This document shows positions 1 to 7,853 of a DNA stretch of 12,966 nt, one piece after another (the stretch's first letter is position 1; each line of letters begins with the position of its first letter). This stretch comes from Planctomycetota bacterium (GTDB lineage: Bacteria > Planctomycetota > B15-G4 > JADJEK01). The position numbers were made by a program, and so were the translations under genes. The notes below the pieces were generated by a model. The model ran no database searches and was not told the DNA's origin. It worked only from the letters and a program-made list of their open reading frames with translations. The DNA lies in assembly GCA_044225365.1 (NCBI GenBank), contig JBGAIQ010000091.1, positions 1-12,966 of the forward strand, read 5' to 3'.

Positions 1-58
1 CCTTCCAGCATTCGATGAACTTCGTTCGGTCGCCCATTCGTGACTCCGTCCATGGCAT
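1..58 (-). CDS. IS481-family transposase, N-terminal 19 codons (partial, runs off window)
   Basis: ATG at 58-56 gives MPWTESRMGDRTKFIECWK, resembling the MPW..M..R.KF start of IS481-like transposases. A perfect AGGAGG lies 8 nt upstream. Not in the supplied ORF track. Confidence 0.8.
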   Translation of the reverse strand, partial: MPWTESRMGDRTKFIECWK

Positions 59-66
59 CTGCAGGT

Positions 67-72
67 CCTCCT
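67..72 (-). promoter_or_regulatory. Shine-Dalgarno site of the transposase
   Basis: CCTCCT on + equals AGGAGG on -, with an 8-nt spacer to ATG 58. Confidence 0.75.
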
Positions 73-88
73 GCCGAGCCAGTGAAAA

Positions 89-125
89 GTGTCACCCATG
101 TCTCCGGACATGTGTTACCCATGTC
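89..125. repeat. Two 14-bp direct repeats (probable transposase-binding sites)
   Basis: GTGTCACCCATGTC (89-102) and GTGTTACCCATGTC (112-125): 13/14 identical, 23-bp period. Confidence 0.85.
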
Positions 126-300
126 CATTGATTGCACAGGCTGTGCGCCCGTCGTTGATCTCGAGGCCGATATCAACGGGCAACGACACCTCGCCCATTG
201 CACCGACGAAGAATCGCTGAGCAAGGATCCATTCGTGCAATGACATCGTGAGAAGGGAGTCTCTTCGCGGATGACGAATTCTCCGCATCATGAGCGAGCC

Positions 301-3300
301 ATGACCGACTCGTCCTTCGATCTTCAACACCTCCTCGTTCACGACGCGTTCGTGCGCAGCATCGCGCGCACGCTGCTTTCCTCGAGTGACGCCGACGACG
401 CGGTCCAAGAGACTTGGCTGCGCGCGGCGAAGCGACCACCGCGTGATGCTGACGCGGCGCGCCCTTGGCTCTCGCGCGTCGTGACCAACATCACGCGTTC
501 CATGCGGCGGCGCGAGGGAACGCGGCAGCGTGCGGAACTTCGCTCGTTGGCGCAGGAGCCGGTTCCTGGCCCGGACTCGATCCTCGAGCGCGAAGCTCTG
601 CGACGCGAGATCGTGCTCGCGGTGCTCGCGCTCGACGCGCCGTATCGCGACGCCATCGTATTGCGATACTTCGAAGGTCTCGATCCGAACGAGTGCGCCC
701 GGCGGCTTTCGATCCCACTCAACACTTTTCTCTCGCGAGTTCATCGTGCGCGCTCGACTTTGAGAGAGCGGTTCACCGACGCCGACGGCAACTCCCGATT
801 CTCCGTGGTTGCGATGAGTGCACTCGCCAGTCCGTCGCGATTCGAAGAGTCGTTCTCGTTCGCTTCGTCGCCGTTGCGAGCGGCTCTATTCGCCTGTCTT
901 GCCGCTGCGGGGGGCGTCTTCGTCTGGCTCGCGGTGAGTTCGCGAGTCGGAGCCCCACAGCCGATCACCTTGCCCTCGACTTCGCCCGCCCAGGCGGTCG
1001 CTGCCGAACCCGTATCCTCGCCAGCCGTCGATCCTGTTCCCCTCCTCGCGCCGACGCGTTCCGAAGCGGAGTCGAATCCCGCGATCCACGGAGTCGTGAC
1101 GGACGACGAGGGTCGCAGAGTGGCAGGCGCAAGGATCGCCACGCGCGGACCTACTGGAGTGATCGATACGACGACCGACTCCCAAGGCACCTTCGTCATC
1201 CAATTGCCGTCCTCCGCCACGGTCGACGTTCCAATCGCATCGACGGTCCACTTCCCTGTCGAGTTCTTCGGAGTCGCCGCCGGGGAGGCGATCTTTGCGG
1301 TTCCTCGGCCCGCTGTTCCGTTCCGTGGCCGCGTGGTGGACTCGGAGTCGGGAGAACCGATCACGGGAGCCACCGTGAAGATCGGTCGCCGCGTCGACGA
1401 CTCTCCCGAAGTCGTGGCGACGTCGGATGAGAACGGCGAGTTCGCGGGGCTCGCCCCTCGTCGTTCGCTCGAGATCGAAGTGGCGGCTTTCGGGTACGCG
1501 CCCAGCGTTACACGTCCGTTTTCGCCGACGTCCGAGACCGCATTCGAATTCCGACTCGCGCGCCAGCCGTCGCATCGACTCGGCTACGTGCGTCTCCGGG
1601 ATGCCCATGGCAGCGTGATCACCGACATCGAGACCTTGCCTCCGCCGCTGCGCCTACTCGAATCGAGTGTGTTCGAGGTCGGAGTCGAAGGCGTCGCGAC
1701 CGGCGCGATCGAGTCGAAGGTCTTGTCGACGAACGTCGACCCGAAAGGGGGGACCGGATCGATTCGACTCGGGATGCGATCGGAATCCTCCCAGCGGACC
1801 TTGCGAGTCCGTTCACCAGGCGGGCCGTGGATCGTCGTTCCATTGCGAGGCGAATCAGGAAAAGCAGCGGCGGACCCTGCGGAGGTGATCCTGCCCCCGA
1901 GGGTTCGACTGCGAGGCGTCGTCACGAGCGGTTCGCCGTCGACGCCGGTTCGTGGAGCCGTCGTGCGGATCGACGTCGTATCGAATTCCGAGCCGACTCC
2001 ACGTCCCGCGATTTCGTGGCCGATCGAGGTCCGGACGGGGCCTGATGGGTCCTTCTCGAGTGATCCAATGCTCGCTGGAATGCACGTCGCAATCGAGGTC
2101 GATCACGAGCTCGGACGCGCTCGGGTTCCCGATGTCGTCGTTGCGAATGAGGGCAAGGCCATCGCGATCGTGCTCGACGAAGGAAGTCGAATGATCGGTC
2201 GTGTGCTCGCGCTGGGCCGTCCCGTCGAAGGCGCCCGGGTCACATTGCGGCCGAAGGAAATGAACCCACCGTCGAACTCGGCGCGTGTGACGTGGACGGA
2301 TCGCGATGGACGTCTTGTCTACTCGCACGGTCCCGACCTCGCCGAGATCGTCGTGGAAGCCGCGGGCTTTGGAACTCGGAAGATCGACCGCGACGCAACG
2401 CGCCCCGAACAGGTCATCGAACTCATGCTGGAGAACGTGATCGACGGCAGCGTGGTGGATGCTGCCGGGCGGCGAGTCGCTGGGGCAACGGTAATGGCCG
2501 TGTCTTCTCCAGCCGGTGGATCCGGTGAGCACGCTCTATCCGTTCCGAGCCGGAATCTTCGCGACGGAGCGATCGATGATTCAAAGGGTGCCGTCATTGC
2601 TCGGACGGTTTCCGACTCCAAGGGTGAATTCCGCCTCCGCAGCCTTCTGGACGGTGACTATGCGATCGTCGCATCGTGTGACGCCGCGATGTCCATCGAG
2701 GCTGGAGTGCCGTCTCAGTCTCCGGCTGCCGCAGACGTGAAACGGGTCCAATTGAGACTCGAATCTCCGGGAGCCGTCATCGCGAAGGTGGTTTCGGGGG
2801 GCGACGGCGCTGCGATCGCCGACTTCAACTATTCCATCGAATCCAAGTCGGACTCGGGAGCCGTGGTCGCGACGATGGGGGAGGGCCACGCCCATTTCGT
2901 CCACCTCGTCCATGGTCGGCGGACCGCGAGCGTTCGCGTGAATCGCAACGACGACCTGGATCGGATCGCGAAGAACCTGGTTCCCGCCGTGATCGCCCGA
3001 GATCTCGAGGTGCGGGACAGCGTGTGGCGCGAGTTGACGTTCGAGCTTCCGCCGGACGCCGAGCCGAGCGAATCGACGGCGGTGTTGGACGTCCTCCTGG
3101 CCATGAAGGATCGCGACGGCGCGCAGGTCGCGTTCATTTCGCTGGAATCGACGGGAGCGAGTGACGTTCGTTTCGGCCTCCGCGGGCACTCCTCGTTGGA
3201 GGCCGTGATCCCCGCAGTGCCGCTCGGGAGATATCGGATCGAAGTTCGCGATGTCTCCGGCACTTTGATCCCTTGCGATCCGTCCGAGGTTACGCTTCAA

Positions 3301-3339
3301 CGGACATCGAGGGAGACGATCGAACTCAAAGTGCGCTGA
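301..3339 (+). CDS. ECF-type sigma-70 factor with TM helix and C-terminal carboxypeptidase-regulatory-like repeats (~1012 aa; alternative start 271)
   Basis: Region 2: DADDAVQETWLRAAK...RPWLSRVVTN. Region 4: LDAPYRDAIVLRYFEGLDPNECARRLSIPLNTFLSRVHRARSTLRE. Hydrophobic AALFACLAAAGGVFVWLAV (880-936), then a Pro/Ala linker. At least 5 repeats of G.V.D..G.PV.GA.V...T.TD.DG.F start at ~1084, 1321, 1909, 2191 and 2440. Confidence 0.9.
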   Translation: MTDSSFDLQHLLVHDAFVRSIARTLLSSSDADDAVQETWLRAAKRPPRDADAARPWLSRVVTNITRSMRRREGTRQRAELRSLAQEPVPGPDSILEREALRREIVLAVLALDAPYRDAIVLRYFEGLDPNECARRLSIPLNTFLSRVHRARSTLRERFTDADGNSRFSVVAMSALASPSRFEESFSFASSPLRAALFACLAAAGGVFVWLAVSSRVGAPQPITLPSTSPAQAVAAEPVSSPAVDPVPLLAPTRSEAESNPAIHGVVTDDEGRRVAGARIATRGPTGVIDTTTDSQGTFVIQLPSSATVDVPIASTVHFPVEFFGVAAGEAIFAVPRPAVPFRGRVVDSESGEPITGATVKIGRRVDDSPEVVATSDENGEFAGLAPRRSLEIEVAAFGYAPSVTRPFSPTSETAFEFRLARQPSHRLGYVRLRDAHGSVITDIETLPPPLRLLESSVFEVGVEGVATGAIESKVLSTNVDPKGGTGSIRLGMRSESSQRTLRVRSPGGPWIVVPLRGESGKAAADPAEVILPPRVRLRGVVTSGSPSTPVRGAVVRIDVVSNSEPTPRPAISWPIEVRTGPDGSFSSDPMLAGMHVAIEVDHELGRARVPDVVVANEGKAIAIVLDEGSRMIGRVLALGRPVEGARVTLRPKEMNPPSNSARVTWTDRDGRLVYSHGPDLAEIVVEAAGFGTRKIDRDATRPEQVIELMLENVIDGSVVDAAGRRVAGATVMAVSSPAGGSGEHALSVPSRNLRDGAIDDSKGAVIARTVSDSKGEFRLRSLLDGDYAIVASCDAAMSIEAGVPSQSPAAADVKRVQLRLESPGAVIAKVVSGGDGAAIADFNYSIESKSDSGAVVATMGEGHAHFVHLVHGRRTASVRVNRNDDLDRIAKNLVPAVIARDLEVRDSVWRELTFELPPDAEPSESTAVLDVLLAMKDRDGAQVAFISLESTGASDVRFGLRGHSSLEAVIPAVPLGRYRIEVRDVSGTLIPCDPSEVTLQRTSRETIELKVR

Positions 3340-3419
3340 GATCTCGCTATCGTTCGTGCGGTTGGTTCGCTCAAAGCGGCGTTTCGGGGTGCGCAAGTGA
3401 AGCGCGGAGAAGATGCCCG

Positions 3420-5405
3420 ATGGACCGATCACCGTTTTGCCCTTCGGCGGCTTTCCAACGGCTCTCCCCGTTGCGCGCACTTCTGTTCGCGGCGGGCGCA
3501 GTGATGCCGACGTTCGTCGAGTCGGCGCGAGCCCAGGTCCGCATCGACACGATCACGAACGACGTGCCGGGCACGGCGTTCTGGTTCGCGAGGGCGTGCG
3601 GGGACGTCGATCACGATGGGGTGCCGGATCTCGAAGTCAGCGGCTCCACTTTCGCGCGGGTTTATTCCGGTCTCGACCGTCACGTGATCCATCATTTCAA
3701 CGAGCTCTCGAGCCTCACCCCCGTGTCGGTGGGCGGGGTCTTCGGAGATCTCGACGGCGACGGATTCGACGACGTGTTGCTCGGCGTCGCGGAAGAGGCG
3801 CCCGGCGGGGCGGTTCGGGTCCATTCGGGAAAGGACGGGAGCGTACTTCTCGAGGTGCTCGGTCCGGCCGCGAGCGGCAACGGCACGTGGGGGCTCGGCG
3901 ACTGGGTCTCATCGCTCGGCGACGTGAACGCCGACGGGAAGCCGGATTTCGCAGCGGTACGCTCCGCACTCGGCGGCGACACGCCGTACAGCGTGCTCGT
4001 GTTCTCCGGTGCGGACTCGTCGCAGATCTTCGCGATCGATGCGGTGGAGGATCCCAACGGTCCGACGACCATGAATGTCGCGCCCGCCGGGGACGTCGAC
4101 GGGGACGGTCACGCGGATCTCGTCGTCAGCAGCGTATCGAGCCCGTATTTCTACTCGGGCTTCACCTCCGTGAATTTGATCTCCGGCGCGAACGGTTCGC
4201 TCCTCCACGATCTCACGGATCTCACGGATCTCACGAACGAGAACCTCGCCGCGAATGGGATCGGCCTCGACGGCGGGGCCGACTTCGATGGCGACGGTGT
4301 CCCGGACGTCATCACGGGCACGCCGTTTGGCAAGAAGCAGGGCACCCATCACGTAGGCTGCGTCGTGGGCTACTCCGGAGCGACGGGGAAGCCGTTGTTC
4401 CTACGCGAGGGATACGACCCGCAGGGCGGATTCGGAGTTTCTCTCGCCATCGCGGGCGACGTGAACGGCGACGGGGCGATCGATCTCGCTTGCGGCGAAC
4501 CGAATGCATCGGGTTCGAACGGTTACGCGTCGGGGATCGTGCACGTCTTCTCGCGAGGGTTCGGACCGCGACTCGACGCGAAGCTCGAAGGGGAGGCTCC
4601 TTTCTCTCGCTCCGGCCAGGGAGTCTCGGCCCTCCTCGACGTGAACGGCGACGGGATCGACGACCTGGCATCGATCGCGACGACGGACGGAACGACGAGC
4701 CGGATCGTGCTCGACTCGCTCGCGAATCTTCCCCTCGCGCCCGCTTCGTTCGTGCCGGGAAGTCGCCTTGATGGTCTCATCGCCGATGCGGCGGACAGCG
4801 ACACCGTCCAGTTCGCGGGCACGCACGGGATGACGTTGTCGCTGAAGCTCGCCGTGGTCTCGGGCGACCTCGTTCCGCGCGTGACGATCGAGTCGGAAGT
4901 CGGCGGATACGTGAAGTCGTGGGAACCCAAGGGTCCCGGCGCGCACGAGAAACAGTTCCATCTCACGAGCGACGGCACGTACTCGCTGTCCGTTCGCGGA
5001 CTCTTCGGCACGACCGGAAGCTATCGCATCTCGACCGCGCGAAAACCGAAGAAGTCGCTGACCGCCGACATCGAGATCGTCGCGAAGGGCAAGAACGGTG
5101 CGTCCCCCGCGGTGAAGTTCGCCGCGCTCGAGGGCACGATCGTGTTCGTCGCGGCGACGCCACTCCTCGGAATCGACGATTCGTCGACCCTCGAGCTCGA
5201 GTCGCCTTCCGGAAGGATCACCTCGCTCGCGTCCTTCTCGACGGGGCTCGCGTCGAACGGCGAGACCTGGCTCGATGGCATTCGAATAGGAGAATCGGGG
5301 ATCCATCGATTGCGCTGGTCGGGGGCGATCGCGCCGAAATCGAAGGCGGAGTTCTTCGTCGTTCGTGTCCCGCCGCGGGGTGGCGAGGTCCTGGAGATCG
5401 ACTGA
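3420..5405 (+). CDS. Secreted FG-GAP (integrin-alpha-like) repeat protein with C-terminal beta-sandwich domains (~661 aa)
   Basis: Signal-like N-terminus (...LRALLFAAGAVMPTFVESARA|Q). Seven Ca-binding-type motifs: GDVDHDGVPDL, GDLDGDGFDDV, GDVNADGKPDF, GDVDGDGHADL, ADFDGDGVPDV, GDVNGDGAIDL, LDVNGDGIDDL. The C-terminal ~220 aa looks like two PPC-like modules (e.g. LTSDGTYSLSVRG...GSYRIS). GGAG at 3406-3409 supports ATG 3420 over 3273. Confidence 0.88.
   Translation: MDRSPFCPSAAFQRLSPLRALLFAAGAVMPTFVESARAQVRIDTITNDVPGTAFWFARACGDVDHDGVPDLEVSGSTFARVYSGLDRHVIHHFNELSSLTPVSVGGVFGDLDGDGFDDVLLGVAEEAPGGAVRVHSGKDGSVLLEVLGPAASGNGTWGLGDWVSSLGDVNADGKPDFAAVRSALGGDTPYSVLVFSGADSSQIFAIDAVEDPNGPTTMNVAPAGDVDGDGHADLVVSSVSSPYFYSGFTSVNLISGANGSLLHDLTDLTDLTNENLAANGIGLDGGADFDGDGVPDVITGTPFGKKQGTHHVGCVVGYSGATGKPLFLREGYDPQGGFGVSLAIAGDVNGDGAIDLACGEPNASGSNGYASGIVHVFSRGFGPRLDAKLEGEAPFSRSGQGVSALLDVNGDGIDDLASIATTDGTTSRIVLDSLANLPLAPASFVPGSRLDGLIADAADSDTVQFAGTHGMTLSLKLAVVSGDLVPRVTIESEVGGYVKSWEPKGPGAHEKQFHLTSDGTYSLSVRGLFGTTGSYRISTARKPKKSLTADIEIVAKGKNGASPAVKFAALEGTIVFVAATPLLGIDDSSTLELESPSGRITSLASFSTGLASNGETWLDGIRIGESGIHRLRWSGAIAPKSKAEFFVVRVPPRGGEVLEID
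4209..4235 (+). repeat. Perfect 9-bp tandem repeat (GATCTCACG)x3, in frame, encoding DLT-DLT-DLT
   Basis: Read directly from the sequence; the protein reads LLHDLTDLTDLTNENL. Confidence 0.9.
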
Positions 5406-5533
5406 CATCGTTCCGGAGCGAACCGCGTTCGCCGAAAAATGCGCACCTCCTTGTCGCCGTTTGCCCCAGTTCTCGTCCTTGCGGCCGACGTTCGCACGTT
5501 GCGCGCGTTACAACAAGGATGGAGTCTCAAACG

Positions 5534-7732
5534 ATGTCTCTCGCGACAGCCCTTCTCGGAATCTCGGGTCTCGCCGTCGGCACGGGCGCGCATGGATCTG
5601 CAAACCCTAGTCCCGAGTCGATGCGCTTCGGGTTCACCAACACGGTCGTCACGAACACGCTCGACGATGGCAGCGTGGTCGGCTGCGGACCGCAATACAA
5701 GATGATCGTCGGGGGCGAGCAGTCGCTGTTCATTCCCGTGCTCGGCAACAAGGCGCCGCGCAATCTGCCGCTGAAGTTCGGCACGCCGACCTTGCGAGTC
5801 GGCAAGAGCGTGGTGACGGGTACGCGCGGCACCCCGCGCCTCGACGATCTGCAGGCGAGCGTCGATCACGGCGCGTTCACCAGCGTCTACGACCTCGCGG
5901 TCGATCACGTGGAGCAGAGCTTCGTCATCGACGAACTCCCGGTCCGCGGCGAGTTGACACTGCGAGTTCCGCTCACGAGCGAACTCGCCTCGCGCACGGT
6001 GGGCGAGGGTCTCGTGTTCGACATCCCCGGCTTCGGCTCCATCGCCTATGGCGGCGCCACGATCCGCGATGGCGCGGGACGCAATGTGAACTCCGCGTCC
6101 GAAGTCGTCGACGGCGCGATCGAGATTCGCGTCCCGGCTTCGTTCGTCGAGAGCGCGGCGCTTCCGATCGTCATCGATCCGCTGATCTCCCCGACCCTCG
6201 ATGTCGACGAGACGACGAGCGCGTGTTCGCACCCCGACATCGCCTACGACGGCGTCCACGACATGTTCCTCGTCGTGTTCGAGCGCGCGAATTCCGCGAC
6301 AGAGCACGACATCTTCGGGAACCGCGTCATCGCTTCGAACGGCTCGGTGCTCTCGCTCTCGGCGGTCGATACGACGCAGAACAACACGAAGGACCCGGGC
6401 GTCGCGAACAGCGACCTCAACCAGAACTTCCTCGTCGTGTGGCACAAGGAACCGGATGGTCTCTTCGACGACATCCAGATCCGCGGTGCGCTCATGACTT
6501 CGGGCGGCCCGGCCGGCTCGTCGTTCGAGATCTCGAACGGCTCCGACAACGAATCGCACCCGGTCGTCGGCGGCTCCAATGCCGGGTTCCTCGTCGCGTG
6601 GCAAGAGAATCCGGCGCTCGGCGGCGGCGGCGAGAACATCTCGGCGCGCGAAGTCTCCGGCGCGGCGACGATGGGACCGAAGCTCAGCGTCATTTCGAAC
6701 AGCGCGGACGAGGTCAATCCTGCGATCAACAAGCACACCTTGAACGGGCGGTGGATGGTCGCGTACGAAGTGGTCAACAGCTCGACGGATCACGACATCC
6801 GCGGCGCGGTGTACGACGGCAGCTCGTTCATTACGACGCAGACGAGCGTCGCGGTGAGCGCCGCCGCGAACGATCTGCTCCCCACGGTCGCAGCGCTTCC
6901 CGAAGGCAAGTTCCTCGTGGGCTGGCAGCGCAACAATCCGGATACCGGCAGCGGCGTCGACTCCGACGTCCTGGTGCGCGGTTTCAGCGCCTTCGGCATC
7001 GGTGACGTCTCGACCTTCAATCTGTCCGACCTCGAGTTCCCGGGTGACAACGCGACCGATCAGACGAAGCCGATCCTCGCCGCGAGCTTGAATCGCGCCG
7101 TCCTCGCGTACTTCACGACGTTCTCTGGGATCAAGATCACGACGTTCAAGTACGACTCGAACGGTCCCGTGCTGCTCGAGAAGGGAATGAACCTCCTCGC
7201 CGGGATCTCGGAGACCGATTGCGCGATCGCGTCGCGCGGCAACGCGACCGACTTCGACCGCATGCTCATCGCGGCCGAAGAATCGTCCAGCGCGGCGCAC
7301 GACATCACGGGCCAGTTCCTCGATACGAACACGGCCGGTGGCGCGACGATCGTCCAGACGGGTTGCGGCGGCGCACTCGAACCGATCCTCACTCCGAATC
7401 CCGGCAACTCGAAGCCGATCCTCTGCGAGGACTTCACGATCACGCTCCAGAACTTCCAGCAGGCGCTCCTCGTCATCGGTCTTCCGGCGTCGATCCCGCT
7501 GTGCGCGGGTCAGGGCGGCTGCTCGCTCGGCGCGACGCCGACGCTGATCCAGCCCTTCGCGAACGGGACCTTTACGTTCACATTGCCGTGCGATCCCACC
7601 CTGTTCGACTTCCCGATCGCCATGACGGGAGTCAGCATCATCGCGCCGACCTCGACGAGCACGGCCTGCGGCCCGCCGAAGTTCGCGCAGACCTTCCGTA
7701 CGAGCGACACGATCGTTCTCGATTTCCAGTGA
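5534..7732 (+). CDS. Secreted multidomain protein: N-terminal domain ending ...LPIVIDP, repeated beta-propeller-like blades, Cys-containing C-terminal domain (~732 aa)
   Basis: GGAG 5521-5524 lies 9 nt before ATG 5534. Signal-like MSLATALLGISGLAVGTGAHG. About 6 repeats of P.(I/V)A....FLV(V/A)W....DI.G (HPDIAY..FLVVFE, DPGVAN..FLVVWH, HPVVGG..FLVAWQ, NPAINK..WMVAYE, LPTVAA..FLVGWQ, KPILAA..AVLAYF). Strong G/C third-position bias in this frame. Confidence 0.85.
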   Translation: MSLATALLGISGLAVGTGAHGSANPSPESMRFGFTNTVVTNTLDDGSVVGCGPQYKMIVGGEQSLFIPVLGNKAPRNLPLKFGTPTLRVGKSVVTGTRGTPRLDDLQASVDHGAFTSVYDLAVDHVEQSFVIDELPVRGELTLRVPLTSELASRTVGEGLVFDIPGFGSIAYGGATIRDGAGRNVNSASEVVDGAIEIRVPASFVESAALPIVIDPLISPTLDVDETTSACSHPDIAYDGVHDMFLVVFERANSATEHDIFGNRVIASNGSVLSLSAVDTTQNNTKDPGVANSDLNQNFLVVWHKEPDGLFDDIQIRGALMTSGGPAGSSFEISNGSDNESHPVVGGSNAGFLVAWQENPALGGGGENISAREVSGAATMGPKLSVISNSADEVNPAINKHTLNGRWMVAYEVVNSSTDHDIRGAVYDGSSFITTQTSVAVSAAANDLLPTVAALPEGKFLVGWQRNNPDTGSGVDSDVLVRGFSAFGIGDVSTFNLSDLEFPGDNATDQTKPILAASLNRAVLAYFTTFSGIKITTFKYDSNGPVLLEKGMNLLAGISETDCAIASRGNATDFDRMLIAAEESSSAAHDITGQFLDTNTAGGATIVQTGCGGALEPILTPNPGNSKPILCEDFTITLQNFQQALLVIGLPASIPLCAGQGGCSLGATPTLIQPFANGTFTFTLPCDPTLFDFPIAMTGVSIIAPTSTSTACGPPKFAQTFRTSDTIVLDFQ

Positions 7733-7764
7733 GAGCGCATCGTTGACGAGCGACGCAATGAAGA

Positions 7765-7807
7765 ACGACGGCCGCGGATATTCACGATCCGCGGCCGTCG
7801 TCTTTTT
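7765..7807 (+). terminator. Intrinsic terminator, possibly bidirectional, between convergent genes
   Basis: Perfect 15-bp stem ACGACGGCCGCGGAT (7765-7779) / ATCCGCGGCCGTCGT (7787-7801) with a 7-nt loop, followed by CTTTTT. The short AAGA upstream gives a weak U-tract on the minus strand. Confidence 0.85.
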
Positions 7808-7853
7808 CGCTCGCAGGCAGAGAGCCAGGTCCGCCGCGATCGAGGTTCGTGGA

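Larger units (their letters stand above)
1..138 (-). mobile_element. Left end of an IS481-family insertion sequence (rest lies outside the window)
   Basis: Minus strand from 138 reads 5'-TGTGCAATCAATGGACATGGGTAACACATGTCCGGAGACATGGGTGACACTTTT. It has a TGT terminus, two subterminal repeats (GTGTYACCCATGTC on +), then an SD and an MPW-starting ORF. TGT ends and repeated subterminal transposase-binding sites are typical of IS481. The right end and TSD are not visible. Confidence 0.82.

Noticed and set aside
89-125. Direct repeats as a CRISPR remnant
   Set aside because: Only two 14-bp copies with a 9-bp gap and no cas genes; better explained as IS end repeats.
40-243. 67-aa plus-strand ORF
   Set aside because: It crosses the IS end and lies antisense to the transposase start. 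Its repeated peptide pattern (VTHVS/VLPMS region) just reflects the subterminal repeats.
3413-4771. 452-aa alternative-frame ORF and other Arg-rich overlapping ORFs (465-1430, 6223-7005, 7743-8903, 9490-10620)
   Set aside because: These are off-frame or antisense products of GC-rich coding sequence. The overlapping frames carry the recognisable motifs.
5418-5439. Hairpin GCGAAC-CGC-GTTCGC as a terminator after the FG-GAP gene
   Set aside because: The stem is only 6 bp and is followed by an A-run, not a U-run, on the coding strand.
4919-5533. N-terminal extension of the 937-aa ORF (likewise 3273-3419 and 10221-10637)
   Set aside because: Each overlaps the upstream gene. SD sites, signal peptides or stop/start overlaps support starts at 5534, 3420 and 10638.
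5021-7300. 759-aa minus-strand ORF
   Set aside because: It is the antisense shadow of two strongly codon-biased plus-strand genes, Arg-rich and without motifs, which is typical of high-GC DNA.
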